From Trueperaceae bacterium (lineage in GTDB: Bacteria > Deinococcota > Deinococci > Deinococcales > Trueperaceae): a stretch of DNA of 64,000 nt. The translations under genes and the position numbers were made by a program. The notes below the pieces were generated by a model that saw nothing but the letters and a program-made list of their open reading frames with translations, was not told where the DNA came from and ran no database searches. The DNA is taken from contig OZ243927.1 of assembly GCA_965213925.1 (NCBI GenBank), positions 992,001 through 1,056,000 on the forward strand. The letters are read 5' to 3'. Positions 19,820 through 29,740 of the stretch are shown one piece after another; position 1 is the stretch's first letter, and each line of letters begins with the position of its first letter.

Positions 19820-20545
19820 ATGGCGGACGAACTCAAAGGACAAGTCACCCTCATCACCGGCGGCGGCAGCGGGCTCGGCGCGGCGCTCTGCCGCACCTTG
19901 GCGGCGGCGGGCGCGCGGGTGGTCTGCGCCGACATCAACTTAGACAACGCTGAGAAGGTGACGAGCACCTTGCAAGAGGAGGGCTTAGACGCGCAGCCCA
20001 TCCATCTCGACGTGCGCGACGACGCACAAGCGGAGCGCGTCGTGAACGACATTGTGGAGCGCTACGGTCAGCTCGACACCCTGATCAACAACGCGGGCAC
20101 CGACATCACGGTGTCCATAGAGGAGCTGAGCCTAGACGACTGGGACCGCGTGCTAGAGGTCAACTTGCGCGCGCCCTTCGTGCTCTCCAAGCTCGCGCTG
20201 CCTCTTATGAAGGGGCGCGGCGGCAGCATCATCAATATAAGCTCCACAGCGGCGAAGCGTACCTGGGCGAACGCCTCGGCGTACCACGCCTCGAAATGGG
20301 GGCTTTTGGGTCTCTCCCACGCCCTGCACGTCGAGGCGCGTCCTTGCAACGTGCGCGTCACCGCCGTCGTCGCGGGCGGGATGCGCACGCCTTTCATCAT
20401 GGACCGCTTCCCCGACACCGACCCCGGCGTGCTCCAAGAGCCCGAGAACGTCGCCAAGGCGGTGCTCTTCGCCCTGACGCAGCCCGAAGGAACGGTTGTA
20501 CCCGAGCTGACCGTGCTGCCGATGCGGGAGACCTCATGGCCTTGA
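19820..20545 (+). CDS. SDR-family oxidoreductase
   Basis: TGGGSGLG, NNAG and YHASK motifs. Confidence 0.9.
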   Translation: MADELKGQVTLITGGGSGLGAALCRTLAAAGARVVCADINLDNAEKVTSTLQEEGLDAQPIHLDVRDDAQAERVVNDIVERYGQLDTLINNAGTDITVSIEELSLDDWDRVLEVNLRAPFVLSKLALPLMKGRGGSIINISSTAAKRTWANASAYHASKWGLLGLSHALHVEARPCNVRVTAVVAGGMRTPFIMDRFPDTDPGVLQEPENVAKAVLFALTQPEGTVVPELTVLPMRETSWP

Positions 20546-20587
20546 GAGGGGTGACCCTAAGGAGCAACGAGCAATGAGTAAAAAGCA

Positions 20588-21181
20588 ATGAGTAGAAACC
20601 TGCAGCCGGCTATCTTTCTCGACAAAGACGGGACGCTCGTTCGGAACGTGCCCTATAGCGTGGACCCTTCGCGTGTCGTCTTAACCGAGGGAGCGGCGGA
20701 CGGGGTGCGCAGGCTGCACGCGGCGGGCTTCTCGCTCGTCGTCGTGTCGAACCAGTCGGGGGTGGCGCGGGGCTACTTCGAGGAGGCTGACCTTGATGCG
20801 GCGTGGGCGAAACTCCGCGAGCTGTTGGGCGTTCCCTTCTCGGTTTACTACTGCCCGCACCATCCCGAAGGTGATGCGCCCTACAACGTTCGGTGTGCCT
20901 GCCGTAAGCCGGAGCCGGGAATGCTTCTACAAGCTGCAAAAGAACACCGCTTAGACCTCTCGCAAAGTTGGATGGTAGGTGACATCTTGAACGATGTGGA
21001 GGCTGGGCGGCGGGCAGGCTGCCGGACGGTGCTGCTGGATAACGGCGGCGAGACGGAGTGGGGTTTGAGCCGTGAGCGGTTGCCGCACCACATCGTCAGC
21101 ACCTTTGCGGAAGCCACTGAAGTTATTTTAGCACTACAGAAAGAAAGCAACTCAGCCAGTCAGTATTTCGGGTTTTCCTGA
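20588..21181 (+). CDS. gmhB: D-glycero-D-manno-heptose-1,7-bisphosphate phosphatase (HAD-IIIA)
   Basis: FLDKDGTL, SNQSG, CPHHP and CRKPEPGM motifs. Confidence 0.85.
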   Translation: MSRNLQPAIFLDKDGTLVRNVPYSVDPSRVVLTEGAADGVRRLHAAGFSLVVVSNQSGVARGYFEEADLDAAWAKLRELLGVPFSVYYCPHHPEGDAPYNVRCACRKPEPGMLLQAAKEHRLDLSQSWMVGDILNDVEAGRRAGCRTVLLDNGGETEWGLSRERLPHHIVSTFAEATEVILALQKESNSASQYFGFS

Positions 21182-21218
21182 CACGCTGACTGGCTAACTA
21201 GCTTCTCTAGGGGGAAAC

Positions 21219-22685
21219 GTGAACCATCTCAGTACACTCGAGCACTTCCGCCACAGGCGCGTTCTCGTCGTCGGCGAGGCGATGTTGGACCGCTACGTCT
21301 ACGGCGAGACGCACCGTCTCTGCCGCGAAGCGCCCGTACCCGTCGTAGCGGAGACGCGGCGGGCGGGCGTGGCGGGGGGCGCGGCGAACGCGGCGGTGAA
21401 CGCGGCGGCGCTAGGGGCGAGCGTGACCTTTCTGTCGGTTACAGGCGACGATGACGACGCGCAGGGGTTGGTGGACGCGCTGGGTCCCTACGGCGTCACC
21501 CCTCACCTCGTCAGAGACCCGGCGCGGCGCACGCTCGTCAAAGAGCGCGTTTTTGCGGGTTCGCAGATGCTGCTACGTCTGGACAGGGGCAGTACAGAAG
21601 AGGTCACGGGAACGGCTGAGTGGGAACTTACGAAGAGGTTGGCATCCCTCTGGACCTTCCACGACGCCGTCATCATCTCGGACTACGGCTACGGCGTGCT
21701 GACGGACAGCGTGCTGGAGACGCTGAAGCGCCTCCAAGCGTCAGAGCCAAAAGTTCTCGTCGCCGACGCGAAAGACCTGAGCCGCTATAAAGAGGTGGGC
21801 GTCAAAGCGGCGAAGCCCAATTATGAGGAAGCGGTTCGTTTACTACGGCTCGCCCCGCAAGCTGAAGGGCGAGCGGAGCAGTTAGAGCCCTACGCGAGCG
21901 CCCTCTTAGAGCGCAGCGGCGCTGACCTCGTCGCGCTGACCCTCGACACCGAAGGTTGCGTTCTCATTCAAGCGGGTGGTCCGCCGTATCGCACCTACGC
22001 CCGCGCCCAGCCCAACACCCAAGCGACGGGCGCGGGCGACACCTTCGTGAGCGCGCTGACGCTCGCCCTCGTAAGTGACGCGGAGCCGACGGCGGCGGCG
22101 GAAATCGCGGCGGCGGCGGCGGCAATTGTGGTTGGGCGCGGCGGCACGACCACCTGCCCTGAGCGCGAGCTGCGCGGCTACCTCTCGGGCGTCTCGAAGC
22201 GGCTGCCTTTGGAAAGCCTCTTAGCCCGTCTCGACTACCTGCGCTCAGAGGGACGGCGCGTCGTCTTCACGAACGGCTGCTTCGACTTCTTGCACCGGGG
22301 GCACGTCACCTACCTGAGTCAAGCCAAAGCGCTCGGTGATGTACTGGTGGTAGGGCTCAACGCCGACGAGAGCGTGCGGCGGCTCAAAGGCGCGACGAGA
22401 CCTGTCAATACCCTCGAGGACCGCGCCGCCGTCCTCTGTGGTCTGTCGTGCGTGGACCACGTCGTCTCCTTTCAGGAAGATACGCCCGAAGACCTCATCC
22501 GTTTAGTCAAGCCCGACGTGTACGTCAAAGGGGGCGACTACACCCTGGAGACGCTGCCCGAAGCGCCGCTTGTGCAGTCGCTCGGCGGGCGCGTCGAACT
22601 CCTTACTTACCTGCCCGACCTCTCCACGAGCGACATCATCGCGCGGGTTAAAACGGGCGCGGGCAGGGCGCTCGGGGCGGACTGA
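21219..22685 (+). CDS. hldE: bifunctional heptose-7-phosphate kinase / heptose-1-phosphate adenylyltransferase
   Basis: PfkB domain (GGAAN, SDYGYG, GAGDT) plus FTNGCFDFLHRGH and KGGDY. Confidence 0.9.
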   Translation: MNHLSTLEHFRHRRVLVVGEAMLDRYVYGETHRLCREAPVPVVAETRRAGVAGGAANAAVNAAALGASVTFLSVTGDDDDAQGLVDALGPYGVTPHLVRDPARRTLVKERVFAGSQMLLRLDRGSTEEVTGTAEWELTKRLASLWTFHDAVIISDYGYGVLTDSVLETLKRLQASEPKVLVADAKDLSRYKEVGVKAAKPNYEEAVRLLRLAPQAEGRAEQLEPYASALLERSGADLVALTLDTEGCVLIQAGGPPYRTYARAQPNTQATGAGDTFVSALTLALVSDAEPTAAAEIAAAAAAIVVGRGGTTTCPERELRGYLSGVSKRLPLESLLARLDYLRSEGRRVVFTNGCFDFLHRGHVTYLSQAKALGDVLVVGLNADESVRRLKGATRPVNTLEDRAAVLCGLSCVDHVVSFQEDTPEDLIRLVKPDVYVKGGDYTLETLPEAPLVQSLGGRVELLTYLPDLSTSDIIARVKTGAGRALGAD

Positions 22686-23816
22686 ATGCGAACCTGGAGC
22701 GCACTTTCACCTAAGCGCATCCTCGCCGTGCGCCTCGACACCTTAGGCGACGTGCTGATGACGGGACCTGCGATTCGAGCGTTGAAGCAAGGCGGAGCCC
22801 ACGTGACGCTGTTGACCTCCTCGAGAGGCGAAGCCGCCGCCAAGCTCTTAGAGGTAGACGAGGTCATGGTCTACGACGCGCCGTGGCTCAAAGCGACGGC
22901 GGAACGCGAGGACAGCCGACCCGAGCTAGACTTCATCGAGACGTTGCGCTCCCACCGCTTCGACGCCGCCGTCATCTTCACCACCTACACCCAAAACCCG
23001 CTCCCCACCGCCCTGACGCTCTACCTCGCCGACATCCCCTTACGCCTCGCCCACTGCCGCGAGAACCCGTACCAACTCCTCACGCACTGGGTTCGTGATG
23101 TAGAAGAGGTGACGGGCGTTCGCCACGAAGTGCGCCGCCAGCTCGACTTGGTGGCGAGCGTCGGATATGAAGTGGAGGACGAGCGGATGCAGGTGAAGAT
23201 GTCCGAGAGGTCACGGGCGTATGTGAACGAGCTTTTAGCACCTCTCGAGCTTCATAACTGGATTGCCGTTCACCCCGGCGCGAGCGCCGAATCGCGCCGC
23301 TATCCGCCCGAGAAGTTTGCGTCAGCGTGCGATATGCTGGCGCGTTCGGGGATTCAACTCGTCTTTACGGGCTCGCAGGGTGAACGAGACCTCATCGCCC
23401 AGATTCGGGCGCGGATGAGCATTCCAGCTTCCTCATATAACTTAGCGGGGAGGCTCGAGCTGCCCCAGCTCGCCGCCCTCTTAGAACGCGCCCCCTTGCT
23501 GCTTGCCAATAACACCGGACCTGTTCATTTAGCAGCAGCCGTCGGCACAAGCGTCATTGACCTCTACGCCCTCACCAACGCGCAGCACACGCCGTGGGGC
23601 GTGCCTAGCCGCGTGCTCTTCGAGGACGTGCCGTGCCGCTTCTGCTTAAAGTCGATCTGCCCGGAAGGACATAACGGCTGTTTGCACTGGGTGGAACCGG
23701 AGCGCGTGGCGGCGGCGGTGTGGGAGCTTTTGGAGACCTCTCTACCGCCTAACTACGCGCCCGTGATTCTGAACAAAGGGCAACGAAACCACGTATGGCA
23801 AGAGGTGCGCGCGTGA
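22686..23816 (+). CDS. glycosyltransferase family 9 (WaaF-like)
   Basis: RLDTLGDVLM, HPGASAESRRY and NNTGPVHLAAA motifs. Confidence 0.9.
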   Translation: MRTWSALSPKRILAVRLDTLGDVLMTGPAIRALKQGGAHVTLLTSSRGEAAAKLLEVDEVMVYDAPWLKATAEREDSRPELDFIETLRSHRFDAAVIFTTYTQNPLPTALTLYLADIPLRLAHCRENPYQLLTHWVRDVEEVTGVRHEVRRQLDLVASVGYEVEDERMQVKMSERSRAYVNELLAPLELHNWIAVHPGASAESRRYPPEKFASACDMLARSGIQLVFTGSQGERDLIAQIRARMSIPASSYNLAGRLELPQLAALLERAPLLLANNTGPVHLAAAVGTSVIDLYALTNAQHTPWGVPSRVLFEDVPCRFCLKSICPEGHNGCLHWVEPERVAAAVWELLETSLPPNYAPVILNKGQRNHVWQEVRA

Positions 23817-24613
23817 TCGACGTGCTCATCCCCACCTGCGAGCGTCCGGCGGCCCTCGCCGCGACCTTGGCGACGCTGGCAGCGCAGACTTATGAGGACT
23901 TCCGCGTCGTCATTTCCGACCAGAGCGAAACGAGCGTGTTCGAGCGGGGCGAGGTGCGAGCAGTAGTGCGGTGGTTGGAATATCGAGGTGTCCCTGTCCA
24001 ACGTCACCGTCACCTACCCAAGCGCGGCGTCGCGGAGCAGCGGCAGTTCCTCTTGGAGCAAGCAACCGCGCCGTACGTGCTGATGCTGGATGACGACGTG
24101 CTCTTAGAGCCTTGGGTCCTCAACCTCTTACAGCGCGTCCTCAGTGGGCAAGGTTGTGGCTTCGTCACAAACGCCTTTATCGGCTTGTCATTCAAGGACG
24201 ACGAGAGACCTCACGAGCAAGAGGTCGAGCTGTGGAACGGTCCCGTCCGCCCCGAGCGCGTCACGCCCGAAAGCGACGCCTGGTGGCGTTTCAAACTCCA
24301 CAACGCGGCGAACTTGCTCCACGTGCAAGAGAGGTTGGGTGCGACCCCTGACAACCCCATCCTCTACAAGCTCGCGTGGGCGTCGGGCTGTGTGCTCTTT
24401 GACAGACGGAAGCTTTTAGAGGTGGGCGGCTTCAGCTTCTGGCGAAACTTACCACCCGAACACGCGGGCGAGGATGTGCTGGTGCAACTCCGCGTGATGG
24501 CGCGGCATGGCGGCTGCGGCGTGATGCCTTCGGGCGTCTATCACCAGGAGTTGCCGACCACCGTCACGGACAGGCGGGTAGACGCGCCGCAGGTTTTGCC
24601 CGTGGAGGTTTAG
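23813..24613 (+). CDS. glycosyltransferase family 2
   Basis: VLIPT..R, ISDQS, LDDDV and ED motifs; GTG overlaps the upstream TGA. Confidence 0.85.
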   Translation: MIDVLIPTCERPAALAATLATLAAQTYEDFRVVISDQSETSVFERGEVRAVVRWLEYRGVPVQRHRHLPKRGVAEQRQFLLEQATAPYVLMLDDDVLLEPWVLNLLQRVLSGQGCGFVTNAFIGLSFKDDERPHEQEVELWNGPVRPERVTPESDAWWRFKLHNAANLLHVQERLGATPDNPILYKLAWASGCVLFDRRKLLEVGGFSFWRNLPPEHAGEDVLVQLRVMARHGGCGVMPSGVYHQELPTTVTDRRVDAPQVLPVEV

Positions 24614-24615
24614 CC

Positions 24616-25617
24616 ATTTCAGCGTACAGCCGTATTCTTTTTGTCGAACTTCTAGGCGGCATCGGCGACCTTATCATCGCTTTGCCCGCCATCCACGCGC
24701 TCGCTCATACCTATCCGAACGCTGAACTCTCCGTCCTGACCTTTGCGCTGGGCGGTGAACTCTTGAAGGACGACCCGCAGATCAGTAGCGTTCTCCATGC
24801 GGACAAGGGTGATGTGGCTCGAGCCGTACAAGAGGTGCTGAACGCCTCACACAACGTTCCTTTCGACCTCATCGTCTCGGACACCAATCACAGCGGTATT
24901 GCTGAGATGTTGGGGGCGTATGGCAGTGCACGCGGAACGCGGACGGTCACGAACCTCTGGCGCAACCCGCCGGACGACGCGCGCGTCGGCGAGCGTTTCG
25001 TGGAGCTTTTGCAGCGAGATAAAATTATCGGCGAGGCTAACCTGACACCGCACCTCTTCGTGAGCGGCGCGGCGCGGGGGGAGGCGGAAGAGGGGCTCGA
25101 GCCCCTCTCTCACCCTCTCGTCTTCCTCTGCCCCGAAGCCGGTATGAAGATCAAGGCGTGGCCGCCAGAGCGCTTCGTCGCTTTAGGACGGTGTCTGAAA
25201 GAGGTGTGCGGGGCGAGTCTCGTCGTGAGCGGCTTGGGAGAGGGCGCTGCAACCGTCGCCGCCGAGTTGGACGCGCTTCACCTAACGAGCGACCTATGCG
25301 GGCTCGCTGCCGCACTTGCGCAAGGCGACCTCATGATCGCCGCCGACACCGGACCAGCCCGCCTCGCCGCCGCTGTCGGCACACCCACTGTCACGCTCTT
25401 CGGACCCTCTTGGGCAGGGCGTTACGGGCAAGCGCCGCCGCACGTAAACCTGCAGGGCTACCCGGCGTGCCCCGAGCGCGTGACTGCCAACTTCACCGAG
25501 CAGGCTTGCTGGTACGCGGGCGTGTGTCCGTTAGGATTAGGGTTCGATACCTGCCTAGAGACGCTCTCAGTCGAGATGGTATTCGCGAAAGCTAAGACGC
25601 TTTTGGAGGCGACATGA
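24616..25617 (+). CDS. glycosyltransferase family 9 (possible ATT start)
   Basis: Conserved RILFVELLGGIGDL lies upstream of the track's TTG at 24682; GGAGG 7 nt before ATT at 24616; DTGPARLAAA motif. Confidence 0.8.
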   Translation: MSAYSRILFVELLGGIGDLIIALPAIHALAHTYPNAELSVLTFALGGELLKDDPQISSVLHADKGDVARAVQEVLNASHNVPFDLIVSDTNHSGIAEMLGAYGSARGTRTVTNLWRNPPDDARVGERFVELLQRDKIIGEANLTPHLFVSGAARGEAEEGLEPLSHPLVFLCPEAGMKIKAWPPERFVALGRCLKEVCGASLVVSGLGEGAATVAAELDALHLTSDLCGLAAALAQGDLMIAADTGPARLAAAVGTPTVTLFGPSWAGRYGQAPPHVNLQGYPACPERVTANFTEQACWYAGVCPLGLGFDTCLETLSVEMVFAKAKTLLEAT

Positions 25618-26654
25618 CCACACCTTCTTGGCAGGGTGCCAAACGCATCCTCGCCGTGCGTTTGGATAACATGGGCGACGTGGTGATGACGGGTCCCGCC
25701 TTACGCGCGGTTAAAGAAACCTCCCCGGACGTTCACCTCACCCTCTTGGCGAGCCCCGCCGGGGCCAAGACCGCGCCGCTTTTACCTTGGGTGGACGAGG
25801 TCGTTCCTTGGCGCACGCTGTGGCAGGACCTGGGGCGCTTAGAGTTCAGTCCGCAGCGCGAACTGGACTTCATCGACCTCTTGCGCTGTGGGCGCTTCGA
25901 CGCCGCCATAGTCTTCACCTCTTTTAAGCAGACGCCGCACCCGGCTGCGTACGCCTGCTACCTCGCGGGCATACCCCTGCGCGTCGGCGAGTCCAAGGAG
26001 TGGGGCGGCGGCGTTTTGAGCCACGCGGTCACGCCGCTGCCCGACACGGCGCATCAGGTGGAGCGGAACCTGCACCTCGTTGAAGCTGTAGGGTTTCACG
26101 CTGAAGATAGGCAGTTGGGGGTTAGCATCCCGAATGGAGCCGAGGGGAACGCCCGCTCACTCCTCAGCGAACCCTACCTCTTGCTCAATCCCTGGACGAG
26201 CTGCCCTTCGCGCAACTACGACCTTCACCGCTTCGCCGACGCTGCCCTCACGCTCTCTACAGAAACAGGTCTACCTATCGCCGTCACAGGCGTCGAGAAA
26301 GACCGCGAGCGCAGCCAACCTCTTTTTGACGCGCTAGGAGAACGCGCCCGCGACCTCATGGGCAAGACCGACCTGCCGACGCTCGCCGCACTCGTGCAGG
26401 ACGCTGCGCTCATTTTGACCAACAACACTTCGGTGATGCACCTCGCCGACGCTACGCGCGCGCCCCTCGTCGTGCTGTTCGCGGGAACCGAGTTGCCATG
26501 TCAGTGGCAGCCCAGGGCGACGCGCTTTCGGCTCCTGCACCGCGTGACCTCGTGTAGACCCTGCTACGCCTTCGAGTGTCCTTACAACTTGGAATGTTTG
26601 GACATCCCCCCACATGAGGTCGTGGCGGCAGGGCGAGCACTTCTTGCGTTGTGA
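25614..26654 (+). CDS. glycosyltransferase family 9
   Basis: RLDNMGDVVM and TNNTSVMHLADA motifs. Confidence 0.88.
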   Translation: MTTPSWQGAKRILAVRLDNMGDVVMTGPALRAVKETSPDVHLTLLASPAGAKTAPLLPWVDEVVPWRTLWQDLGRLEFSPQRELDFIDLLRCGRFDAAIVFTSFKQTPHPAAYACYLAGIPLRVGESKEWGGGVLSHAVTPLPDTAHQVERNLHLVEAVGFHAEDRQLGVSIPNGAEGNARSLLSEPYLLLNPWTSCPSRNYDLHRFADAALTLSTETGLPIAVTGVEKDRERSQPLFDALGERARDLMGKTDLPTLAALVQDAALILTNNTSVMHLADATRAPLVVLFAGTELPCQWQPRATRFRLLHRVTSCRPCYAFECPYNLECLDIPPHEVVAAGRALLAL

Positions 26655-26697
26655 GGTGACAACGGAAAAGCGAACCGGGACAGTTCCTGTAGATACA

Positions 26698-26745
26698 CAA
26701 ACAGAGAAACCGCTCGGAGCTACTACCGAGCGGTTTCTCTGTTTT
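26698..26745. terminator. bidirectional intrinsic terminator
   Basis: ACAGAGAAACCGCTCGG-8 nt-CCGAGCGGTTTCTCTGT between the GT operon and the convergent tRNA. Confidence 0.8.
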
Positions 26746-26772
26746 CACCGTCTCTGACGGTTTTTCTTCTAA

Positions 26773-26846
26773 TCGGGGTGACAGGATTTGAACCTGCGAC
26801 CACTTGACCCCCAGTCAAGTGCGCTACCAGGCTGCGCTACACCCCG
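26773..26846 (-). tRNA. tRNA-Pro(GGG)
   Basis: CGGGGTGTAGCGCAGCCTGGTAGCGCACTTGACTGGGGGTCAAGTGGTCGCAGGTTCAAATCCTGTCACCCCGA cloverleaf; CCA not encoded. Confidence 0.95.
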
Positions 26847-26861
26847 AAGCGTGCGCCCAAC

Positions 26862-26891
26862 AGTCTACACGTTCTCACGAGGCTCTGTCAA
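26862..26891 (-). promoter_or_regulatory. sigma70 promoter of tRNA-Pro
   Basis: TTGACA-18 nt-TAGACT on the minus strand. Confidence 0.7.
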
Positions 26892-27023
26892 ACTGAGGGG
26901 TACCTCGAGCGCCGCTTACGTGGACTACACGGAAAAAGAGTGAAGGAGCGGCGTTTTTCTCCGTTCTAGGTTTCGGTATCTTTCCCTGACTTTTTGCACA
27001 ACTCTGAGCCGCTACAATGCCTC

Positions 27024-27635
27024 ATGGCAGAAGGCGACGAATTACTCGATGTGCTCACCGAAGACGGTCTACTCACCGGAAGGAGCAAGCGCCGCGCTGA
27101 GGTTCACCGCGACGGCGACTGGCACCGGAGTTTCCACTTGTGGATTGTGAAAGAGGGGCGCTACGTGCTCTTTCAGAGGCGCTCGAGCCTCAAAGACCTA
27201 GAACCTAACAAAATCGACGTCACCGTAGGCGGACACTTTGCAGCAGGGGAGACCTTGCGAGAGGTGCTTAGAGAGCCTCTCGAGGAGTTGGGCTTAGACC
27301 TCAGCCCCAGAGACATCTCATACCTCAGCACGCGCAAGGCGGAGCGGTTCTACGAGGATAAGATCGACCGCGAGTTTCAAGAGGTCTACGTGATGCGCGA
27401 CGACAGGAGGCTCGAGGACTACGGGCTGAACCGCGCCGAGGTCTACGCGCTTTACGAAGTGCCGCTAGCGCGGGCAATTCGGCTCTACCAAGAAGGGGAG
27501 AGCGTCGCGGCGGCAGGCTTCGACGCTTACGGGCGCGAGAACAACGCCCTCCTGGTCACGGCTGACCTTATAGGGCGGGCGAGGGAGGATGTAGCGGCGA
27601 CGTTAGAGGAGATACAGCGCTGGTTAGAGAGCTGA
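27024..27635 (+). CDS. NUDIX hydrolase (IDI-like)
   Basis: R.EVHRDGDWHRSFH and GGHFAAGET..E.LRE..EELG; ATG 5 nt after TACAAT. Confidence 0.85.
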   Translation: MAEGDELLDVLTEDGLLTGRSKRRAEVHRDGDWHRSFHLWIVKEGRYVLFQRRSSLKDLEPNKIDVTVGGHFAAGETLREVLREPLEELGLDLSPRDISYLSTRKAERFYEDKIDREFQEVYVMRDDRRLEDYGLNRAEVYALYEVPLARAIRLYQEGESVAAAGFDAYGRENNALLVTADLIGRAREDVAATLEEIQRWLES

Positions 27636-28730
27636 GGGGTCTTTTGGGGTGTCTGTGCCAGGTCCCGCCTCGGAAGGGGCGGTGCCCGGTTCCTTTGAGC
27701 GCAGCAGCGTGCCCCCTAGCGCCGGTCCGATAAGAAAGAACACGTAGTAGTTAAACACGCGCCAAACGACGAGCGCAGGCGCAACTTGCGCGGCGTCCGT
27801 CTGCAGCTCGAACAGCGAGAGCGTCGCAAATTCTATATAGCCGCTGCCGCCCGGCGTCGGTATAATAAAAGAGGTCACAGACGCTACAAGCACCGTCGCG
27901 ACGGTGAGTAAGAGGTCAAGCTCAGCGCCTAAACTCGCCGCGACGACATAAAAGACCGCGTAGTTGCTGAGGTGTAAGGGCGCGGTCACGGCGAGCAGCA
28001 GGGGTTGGACGGAGGGACGCCGCGATACGAGCGCCGTCGCTTCGTTCAGCTTGCCGAATGAGGCGAGCACGCCCTCTTGGTAGCGCTTTAGAAAGGGGAG
28101 AGCGAAAAGCCCCTCGAGTACAGGTTCCAGCCACGCCAAGCGGTACGCGAGCAAGTACCAAAACCCGAGAAAGGCGACGCTCAGCGCGAGCGCGGGGAGG
28201 AGCAGGGAGTCCGCTGGCAAGCCCACGTTCGTGCTCAGTAGGAGCAAGGCTAAAGGGACGGTCGAGCCAAAGAAGAAGAGGTCTAAAATAGCGGTATAGA
28301 GCGTAATAGACCACGCTTTAGGTGCGTCTAACCCGTCGCGAATCAGCGCGAGTCCCATCACCGGCATCTGTCCGCTGCCCCCCGGCGTCACGAGGTCGCT
28401 GAAACGCCCGAGCAAGTAGGCGCGGAGCCCCTGCCAGAGGCTGAGTGACGCGCCGCTTACGCGCGCCAGGACGCGGAGGCGCACCGCGCCGCATAAGAAG
28501 TTGACCAGGACTAAAACGGTGCTCAAGAGGAGCGCCGGGACAGGAACGTTAAGTGCAGCTCGCAGCTCGCCTACGTCCCCCAACCAGAAGAGCGCCGCGC
28601 CCAGCCCACCCAGGCTCAGCAGCGCGGACAGGGCGAGCGTCCCCGCTAGGCGGATGAGGGCTCCTTGCGCGGAAGCAGCGCGCGTCCGCGCTGAGGAGCG
28701 CGCATACAAAAACGCTCGATGAGGGCGCAC
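27624..28730 (-). CDS. lysylphosphatidylglycerol synthase-like transmembrane (flippase-like) protein
   Basis: Multiple TM segments; VTPGGSG, PTPGGSG.IE and WR..YY motifs; start uncertain. Confidence 0.8.
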   Translation of the reverse strand: MRPHRAFLYARSSARTRAASAQGALIRLAGTLALSALLSLGGLGAALFWLGDVGELRAALNVPVPALLLSTVLVLVNFLCGAVRLRVLARVSGASLSLWQGLRAYLLGRFSDLVTPGGSGQMPVMGLALIRDGLDAPKAWSITLYTAILDLFFFGSTVPLALLLLSTNVGLPADSLLLPALALSVAFLGFWYLLAYRLAWLEPVLEGLFALPFLKRYQEGVLASFGKLNEATALVSRRPSVQPLLLAVTAPLHLSNYAVFYVVAASLGAELDLLLTVATVLVASVTSFIIPTPGGSGYIEFATLSLFELQTDAAQVAPALVVWRVFNYYVFFLIGPALGGTLLRSKEPGTAPSEAGPGTDTPKDPSAL

Positions 28731-29740
28731 GCGGCGGCGTTGCCGGGCTCGAAAGGTCGCGGTTTAAGGTCGGGCAAGCTCGCGATAAAGCTCTCTACGT
28801 CCGCCTTTTTGAGCGTACGCCCGTAGCAAGCGTGACCGAGCTTGTGTCGCTCCAACAAGAGCGCGTTCAAGGTCTGCTCGAAAAACTTGCGGTTAGGGTG
28901 AACCAAGAGCGGCTTGCCCAGAAAGAGCGCCTCGCTGATGAGGTTAAAGCCCGCCGTGCAGACCACGCCACGACAGCCGGCCAAATCCTCCTCGAACGTT
29001 CCGGCTGCGGGACGCTTGAGGAGGACGTTCGGGGGAACCGAAGAGGGCGGGCGGCTCGAGCTATACACGACAAACGGGTGGTTGACCCCTCCGAGCATCC
29101 TCAGCAAGCCCTCGATATCCTCGTGGTTGTAGTAGACCAAAAGATAGTCGCCCTTCTGGGTCGTTTTGTCGGTGACGGAGGTGCGCACCACGGGGGAGAC
29201 GGGTGTGGCGCGCCTGGGGTGTTTAAGCTCGAGGGGCGAAAAGGTCGGCAGCAGGATATGTTCGGGGTTTTTAGGCGCGAGGTAGCGCACCGCCGCCCTT
29301 GTCAGGAGGGCTGAGCTGCGGTACCTATAGGGCAGCGCGTAACGCGCCTCGGTCACCACTTGCTGGCGGTTCAGGGCGACGACGGGTAGCCTCATAAGCT
29401 CGGCGGCGAGCGTCGCGAAGGGCTCGAAGTCGCTGATGAGCAGGTCGGGCTTGTACGCCCCTAGCGTGTCCACGAGGCGGGACACGTCAAAGCCGAGCGC
29501 AAAGGGTCTAAGGTTGCGCAGCACCGTCCGGGCGAAACTGCCTCTGTTGTTATGGATGACCTGCTCCAAAGCGGGCACCTCGACCACGCGCTCGCCCCTG
29601 TTTTCCAAGGAAGTCTTAACCGCGCCGCCACAACAGAACATAACCTCATGACCGCGCTGCCGTAACGTATCCGACACGGCGAGCGCCCTGGACGCGTGAC
29701 CCCGCCCGCCGCTATTAAAGGCGTAGATGAGCGTCGCCAC
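28646..29740 (-). CDS. glycosyltransferase (GT-B fold, MJ1255-like)
   Basis: G.GHASR, ISDFEP, AGFNLISEAL.LGKP and FEQ..NA motifs. Confidence 0.8.
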   Translation of the reverse strand: MATLIYAFNSGGRGHASRALAVSDTLRQRGHEVMFCCGGAVKTSLENRGERVVEVPALEQVIHNNRGSFARTVLRNLRPFALGFDVSRLVDTLGAYKPDLLISDFEPFATLAAELMRLPVVALNRQQVVTEARYALPYRYRSSALLTRAAVRYLAPKNPEHILLPTFSPLELKHPRRATPVSPVVRTSVTDKTTQKGDYLLVYYNHEDIEGLLRMLGGVNHPFVVYSSSRPPSSVPPNVLLKRPAAGTFEEDLAGCRGVVCTAGFNLISEALFLGKPLLVHPNRKFFEQTLNALLLERHKLGHACYGRTLKKADVESFIASLPDLKPRPFEPGNAAACALIERFCMRAPQRGRALLPRKEPSSA

